From the NCBI RefSeq assembly GCF_009914755.1, contig NC_060946.1: a stretch of 64,000 nt of DNA; one strand, written 5' to 3'. The notes beneath the pieces were generated by a model. That model saw only the letters and a program-made list of their open reading frames with translations. It searched no databases and was not told the DNA's origin. Every line of letters starts with the position of its first letter. Position 1 is the first letter of the stretch. The translations under genes were made by a program, and so were the position numbers. This DNA is from the human T2T-CHM13v2.0 reference genome, Homo sapiens. Positions 57,386 to 64,000 of this stretch are shown piece by piece.

Positions 57386-58195
57386 GAGTAGGAACACCTT
57401 TTAACCCAGTCATCTCACCTCACTCTAGTCTTCTTTGTACGATCAGAAAGTTAGTTAAATAAAGATATATCTAAATTAGATTGTAGACATGGAGCTATTG
57501 AACTGGGATGCATTTATTGCTGATGATGTATTTTGATGTCAGAAACTACTAAGCTAATCCCTAATATCCACTCTCCTCTTTCTCCTTAGAAATAGACCCC
57601 TGAGTTTGGGTAGACACACGGTTGTTGGAAACAGTCTCTATTTTGCAGGCTCCCTGGTAGATGCATGGGACCTGGTGGTTCAAGTCCTGCCAGTTGCAAG
57701 TAAGCCTGAGTGTCCAGCATGACTGGGATGGCTTCACCCAATTACAAGGCAAAACCTAACTTCTTTCATAAACCCAGCTTCTTCTTTCACAGTGGCCCGC
57801 TGATTCCTCAGGCTGTGTTCATGCAGTGCTTTGTAAGTGCGTCTTACGGCATTTGGCTCACGCTACTTGAATTCTTTATCTCCCTCTCTAGACTGTGAGC
57901 TTGTCTAGGGCGGGCCTTCTCTCAGGTGCATCTCTTTATTCTTAGCACCTATTACAGTGCCTGTCACATATTATGGCTCAGAAAATGTGGATAAATGAAT
58001 GAGTAAATGGAGGAACTAATACATGAAATTAAAGGATACGTATTTTTGGAAAATAATAACGTCAAATTCTGTTGCTTTTAAAACTGGTAAGAACTCCAGA
58101 TGAGTTGAAAACCTATGTCCACATAAAAACCAGTACACGAATGCTTACGGCAGCTTCACTTACAATTGCAAAACACGGAGGCAACCAAGATGTCT

Positions 58196-58504
58196 ATTTA
58201 TTATTATTATTTTTTTGAGACAGGGTCTCACTCTGACACCCAGGCTGGAGTGCTGTGGCACGATCATGGCTCACTGAAGTCTTGACCTCCAGGGCCTAAG
58301 CCATCTTCCCACCTCAGCCTCCCAAGTAGCTGCGACTCTAGGCATGTACCACTATGCCTGGCTAATTTTTTGTATTTATTTCTTGTAGAGACAAGGTCTT
58401 ACTATGTTGCCCAGCTTGGTCTGGAACCCCTGGGCTCAAGCAATCCTCCTGCCTCGACCTCCGGAAGTGCTTGGATTAACAGGCATGAGCCACTGTGCCT
58501 GGTC
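58196..58504 (-). mobile_element. AluJ inside an L1M 3' fragment (~58100-58770)
   Basis: Antisense AluJ; flanks gagttgaaaacctatgtccac and agtgaaccctaatgtaaac. Confidence 0.88.
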
Positions 58505-58789
58505 AATACACGGCATTTTATACATTTGTCTAAAACTAATACAATCTCCACCATCAAGAGTGAACCCTAATGTAAACTAAGAACTTTAAGTAAAAATAAT
58601 GTTATCAGTATGGGTTCATCGATTGTAACAAATGTACCACAGTAATATGAGATGTTAATTATGGGGAAACTGGGGGTGGGAGTGAGGGGGTGTATGGGAA
58701 CTTCCTGTGTTTTCTAGTCAATTTTTCTGTACACCTAAAACTGCTAAAAAAAATTAAGTCTACTAATTTACTGAGTGAGTTTTTATATA

Positions 58790-59020
58790 TATAAGCCCCT
58801 GAATTCTGGAATCATACTCCTTGGGTTCAAATCCTGACATACCACTTAAAACCTTGTAACTTTTAGGCAAATAGCTTAATCAATCTGTGTCCCAATTTCC
58901 CCATATAGAAAACAGGGATAAAAACAGAGCCTAATTCATAGAGTTATTGTGAGGATTAAATGTCATGTGAGTCCTTTGAACTAAGCTTGGTACATATTAA
59001 ATACATATAAGTGATATCTA
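58790..59020 (+). mobile_element. MIR just downstream (gene sense) of the first coding exon
   Basis: ttgggttcaaatcctgac...cccaatttccccatat...gagttattgtgaggattaaatg. Confidence 0.75.
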
Positions 59021-59054
59021 CAGTTAGTGTTCTTATTTGCTCATGAATACTTAC

Positions 59055-59193
59055 TTGAAGAAGATCTGAACTTATTTGGGGAACCATTCCTTGAATATAC
59101 TCTACACGGTGAAGAATGGGGTCTTGAATGTGTAAATTTTCGTGTGTGAGGATGCGACCTAAGCCAGTCTGGTATAATCGCCATTTTGCACAT
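59055..59193 (-). CDS. EFCAB6: EFCAB6 first coding exon, codons 1-46 plus 1 nt (whole exon 59055-59200 includes 7 nt of 5'UTR)
   Basis: Acceptor cag|GGATTTA ATG; translates MCKMAIIPDWLRSHPHTRKFTHSRPHSSPCRVYSRNGSPNKFRSSS; donor TCAA|gtaagt. 139 coding nt, phase 1. Matches the recalled EFCAB6 N-terminus. Confidence 0.96.
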
Positions 59194-60650
59194 TAAATCC
59201 CTGTGATATAAAAGAAAACAGATTACGTTACCTTAAAGAGCATACATTCCAAATGTGGCCAATTTCCTATCTATTCCTTTTCTGAAGGGACAGCTGCAGA
59301 GTGTAAAAATGATGCTAGTCATAATCTGCTTTGCTGATGTTTCAGACTATTCTTAAAGTGAACACAAAAATCATCATTTTGGACTCCTTGTTTTCAGCAT
59401 ATCCAATAAACTTCAAAAACGGCAAAATAAAGAGACTTTTGGACAGAAAAATCCACCTACATCTTGACTATCAGTGACTCATTTCTTTGGTAGGCAGTAA
59501 GGGGAAGAAAGTTTGGATTCTCTGAGCTTTTTTGAAGTGCCTCAGTATAAATTCAACATGCAGTCAGAGGCAAAGCTGGGATGACAGGAGCGAAACTGGT
59601 GGAGTAAGGACCTCCGAAAATCCTCTCCTTCATTAAATCAATGAGGACACTGGGAAAAATTGTTGAAATCAATTTTTTTTCAGAACTCTGGAAATTAACC
59701 AAAGCCTTACAGCACTCTGGGGAGCATTTATTCCCCCAAAATGGCTGAATCTCAATATGAAGAACATGCCTTGTGGCATTTTAACTTGCCTCATTCCCAT
59801 TCTCCCTCACCTGCCTCCCCCTGCCCCAACAGCTTGGATGTAGCCTTGAAAACCATCAGCCTGCAATCACAGGGAAAACCCAGCAGGCTGACAGTCACTG
59901 GAGTGGACAGAACAGGGCTGGAGCTCTGTCAAAGCCTCCTTACCCGGAACTTATCATTATTTGACCTGATGTTTCCCTGAAAGATCCTACTCCCAAGGCT
60001 GTCTTTATTTGAACTCAGAGTTCACTCAGTGAACACAGCCTATCATGAAGAGGCATTTGTTAGAAGAAATCAGAGGCAATTGTTGTTTAAAATCATGGCC
60101 ACCTGAATAGGTGGATAACGGGGCAAATAATAGGCAACCAAAAAGCTTCAAGGGAAAAGCTGGGGAATGAGATGTCGATAGGGACTTGAAAAAGCGCCCA
60201 CATATTCTTGGGAATCTAGGAAGTCACTCAGTACACAGAGCTAGAACCATTCCCAGGGAGAGGTGTGTGCTCAGGAAAGACCTGAGAAGGCCCTAACCTC
60301 TCACCTCCAACTGACCTTCAAGCTCTGCACAAGCAGGAAATGAAGGCTAAGACAGAGTTATAAACTGCCTAGCTAAGTGTTGAAGGAATGCTCCAATACA
60401 AAAAGCCCCTCAGCAAAAATTGGGAGATACTGTTCCCAGGCATTTACGGAAATTTCTATCCAACCATGAGCTGACCACTAAGCTAACCAATCAGACTCTA
60501 GTGGCCATATATAACAAAGAATACAGACTTTATAAATTTTAGAAAACTCTATAAACAAATGAACAACAAGCAGTTAACAACAACAAAACATGGAAAGGGA
60601 TGAGAATATGATTTCCACAACTACTACATTATATTATTTAAAATGTCATG

Positions 60651-60963
60651 GGCCTAGCATGATGTCTCATCTCTGTAATCCCAGCATTTTGGGAGGCTGA
60701 GGCAGGAAGTTCAAGACTTGAGCCCAGAAGTTCAAGACCAGACTGGGCAACATACTGAGACTCTGTCTCTACAAAAAAAATAAAAATAAAGAAGATTGAC
60801 CAGGCATGGTGGCATGCACCCATGGTCTCAGCCACCAGGAGGCTGAGATGGGAAGAGCAGTTGAACCTGAGAGGTTGAGGCTACAGTGAGCCGTGATTAC
60901 GCCACTGCACTCCAGCCTGGGCAACAGAGAAAACTCTGTCTCAAAATAAATAAATAAATAAAA
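60651..60963 (+). mobile_element. AluJ
   Basis: Diverged dimer with (TAAA)n tail. Confidence 0.92.
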
Positions 60964-61243
60964 TGTCCAGTTTTCAACAAAAATTTATGAGATGTGCAAA
61001 GAAACAAGGAAGTGTGGTCCATACTTATTTTCAGAAACTATGCAAGAAAGAAAAGAGTAGAGTGAAATATTTAACGTGTTGAAATAAAAACCCCACCAAC
61101 CTAGAATTCCAAACTCAATGAAATTACTCTTCAAAAGTGGATGTGGATGAGAAATACTTTCCTGAGCAAACAAAAATTGAGAGAATGTGTTGCCAGCAGA
61201 CTTACTTCCAAGAAATGTTAAAAGGAATTCTTCAGAAAGGCAA

Positions 61244-61376
61244 GGCAAGGTGCAGTGGCTCATGCCTGCAATCTCAGTGCTTTGAGAGGCTGATGCAGGA
61301 GAACTGCTTGAGGCCAGGAGATCAAGACCACCCTGGGCAACAGAGCAAGGCCCTGTCTCTACCAAAAAAAAAAAAA

Positions 61377-61432
<56 letters not shown>

Positions 61433-61545
61433 ATATATACACATATATATGTGTATATACACATATATATGTATATATACACATATATATGTATATATAC
61501 ACATATATATGTGTATGTATACATATATATGTGTATATATACATA

Positions 61546-61604
<59 letters not shown>

Positions 61605-61770
61605 GCCAGGCATGGTGGCATGCACCTGTAGTCCTAGCTACTTGGGAGGCTCACATGGTAGAATCACTGAGCCCTGGCATTTGAGGTTACAGTGAGCTAT
61701 GATCATGTCACTGTACTCTAGACTGGGTGACAGACTGAGACCCTGTCTCTAAATAAATTTTTTTTAAAAA
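61244..61770 (+). mobile_element. AluJ with an expanded microsatellite in its linker
   Basis: Left arm ends ctctaccA14; right arm resumes gccaggcatggtgg at 61605. Confidence 0.92.
61377..61604. repeat. (TA)n(TG)19-(TA/TG/CA core)-(CA)19(TA)n compound microsatellite
   Basis: Read directly from the sequence. Confidence 0.97.
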
Positions 61771-62951
61771 GAAAGAAACAAAAGAAAATGAAAGAAAGAT
61801 ATATGTCAGAAACTCAGATCTATATTAAAAAAAGGAAGAGCATTTGAGAAAGGGCAAGTGAAGGAAAAATAAACATATATGCACCTAACAAGAGCCCCAA
61901 TATACGTGAAGCAAAAACTAACTAAATTGGAAAATAGATACTTCAACAATTATAGTTAGAAACCTCAATATCCACATTTAATAATGGGTAGAATAACTAG
62001 ACAGAAGATCAACAGAGACATAGAAGATCTGAACACCACCACAAACCAACTAGACCTCACAGACAACTAAAGAACACATCCAACCAACAATAGTAGAATA
62101 TCATTCTTCTCAGCACACATGGATCATTCTCCAGTATAAACCATATCTTGGACCATAAAACAAGCCTCAATACATTTAAAAGGATTGAAATTATCAGAGT
62201 ATAATCTCCAACCATACAGAATGAAAACAGAAATTGAATAATTCACAAATATGTGGAAATTAAACAACACACTCCTAAATAACCAATGAGTCAAAAAAAA
62301 ATCAAAAGAGAAATTACCAAATAGTTTTAGATGGATGAAAATGAAGGCACAACATATAAAAACTTACAGGATGCAGCTAAAACAGTGCTTAGATGAAAAT
62401 TTGTAGATGTTAATGCCTATATTTTAAAAAGAAGAAAATCTCAAATTACTAACCTGTTTATTCCTTAAGAAACTAAAAAATAAGAGTAAACTAAAGCCAA
62501 AGTTAGTAGAATGAAGAAAACAATAAAGATTGGAGCAGAAATAAATGAAATCAAGAATAGAAAAATAGACAAAACTAATCAAAGTTACTTCAAAAGATTA
62601 TCAAAATTGACAAATTTTTAGCTAGACCAGCCAAAAACAATGAGAAAACACTCAAATTATTAAAATCAGTGATGAAAGGAGACATTACCACTAACCTTAC
62701 AGAAATAAAAATGATTATAAGGGAATACTATACACAACTGTATGCTAACAAATTAGGTAACCTAGATATAATGGAAATATTCTTAGGAAGATGTAAGATA
62801 CTAAAACTGACTAAAGAAAAAACAGAAATCTAGATAGAATTATGACAAAAAGATTGAATTAATAACCAAAAAACTTCCTGCAAAAGAAGTCCAGAACCAG
62901 GACCAGATGAGTTCACTAGTAAATTCTACCAAACATTTAAAGAAAAATTCA

Positions 62952-63190
<239 letters not shown>

Positions 63191-63311
63191 ATTCACCTAA
63201 CGCTTCACAAATTCTTATGAAAAATAGAAGAAAAAACATTTCTCAACACATCCTATGACGCCAGTATTACCCTGATACCAAATCAGAAAAGACATTAGAA
63301 AAAAAGAAAGT

Positions 63312-63635
63312 GGCCGGGCACAGTGGCTCACGCCTGTAATCCCAGCACTTTGGGAGGCCAAGGCAGGCAGATCACGAGGTCAGGAGATCAAGACCATCCT
63401 GGCTAACATGGTGAAACCCCGTCTCTACTAAAAATACAAAAAAATTAGCAGGGCATGGTGGCGGGCACCTGTAATCCCAGCTACTCGGGTGGCTGAGGCA
63501 GCATGAACCCAGGAGGCAGAGTTTGCACTGAGCCAAGATCGCGCCACTGCACTCCAGCCTGGGCGATAGAGTGAGACTCCATAAAAAAAATAAATAAATA
63601 AAATAAAATTTAAAAAAAGAAAGAAAAGAAAAAAA
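63312..63635 (+). mobile_element. AluY
   Basis: gatcacgaggtcaggagatcaagaccatcctggctaac diagnostic. Confidence 0.92.
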
Positions 63636-64000
63636 GCTAAAAACCAATATTCCTTATGAGTATAGGGAAAATTCTCAAAAATAGAATCCAGCAAACTGAA
63701 TGCAGCAACATATTTTTAAAAATCAGACAGCACAGTCAAGCAAAATTTATGCTAGGAATGCAAGAGAGGTTGACCAAACAAAAATCAATTAATGTGATAA
63801 ACCATATTATTAATCAAGGAAAAAAAACACATAATAATCTCACTAAGTGCAGAAAAAGCATTTCATAAAATCCTACATCCTTTAATGATTCAAAAAATAA
63901 ACACTCAACAAATTAGGAATGGAAGGGAACTTCCTTGACTTAATAAAGGACATCCAAAAAACACTCACAGGTAATGTCATATTTAATGGTGAATGACCAA

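Noticed and set aside
60985-61695. Cys/Val/Tyr/His repeat ORFs on both strands
   Set aside because: Microsatellite and Alu translations.

Overview
Human (or very close primate) euchromatic DNA lying entirely inside EFCAB6 (EF-hand calcium-binding domain 6 / DJBP; chr22q13 from memory), which is transcribed from the minus strand. Six GT-AG-bounded exons (59200-59055, 49976-49765, 42267-42179, 32703-32637, 12871-12735, 8689-8577) splice in frame to give the first 252 codons (MCKMAIIPDWLRSHP...RYCMGNQ). The ORF track does not show them in the coding frame. The rest is intron, packed with Alu, L1PA/L1M, L2, MIR, MaLR/ERVL LTRs, MER1B, MER58, three minisatellites and four large simple-repeat tracts. 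I found no new protein-coding system. The most notable observations are: (1) an old, decayed RPL4 processed pseudogene with 3'UTR and poly(A) remnant inside an L1M; (2) an Alu carrying a 124-bp insertion built from two intronic segments about 8 kb away, a template-switch repair scar; (3) a 228-bp (TG)19...(CA)19 inverted alternating purine-pyrimidine tract inside an Alu linker; (4) candidate splicing regulation, namely a poison alternative donor and a cryptic donor next to a 1.4-kb UG-rich tract. Repeat boundaries and subfamilies were judged by eye and are approximate.
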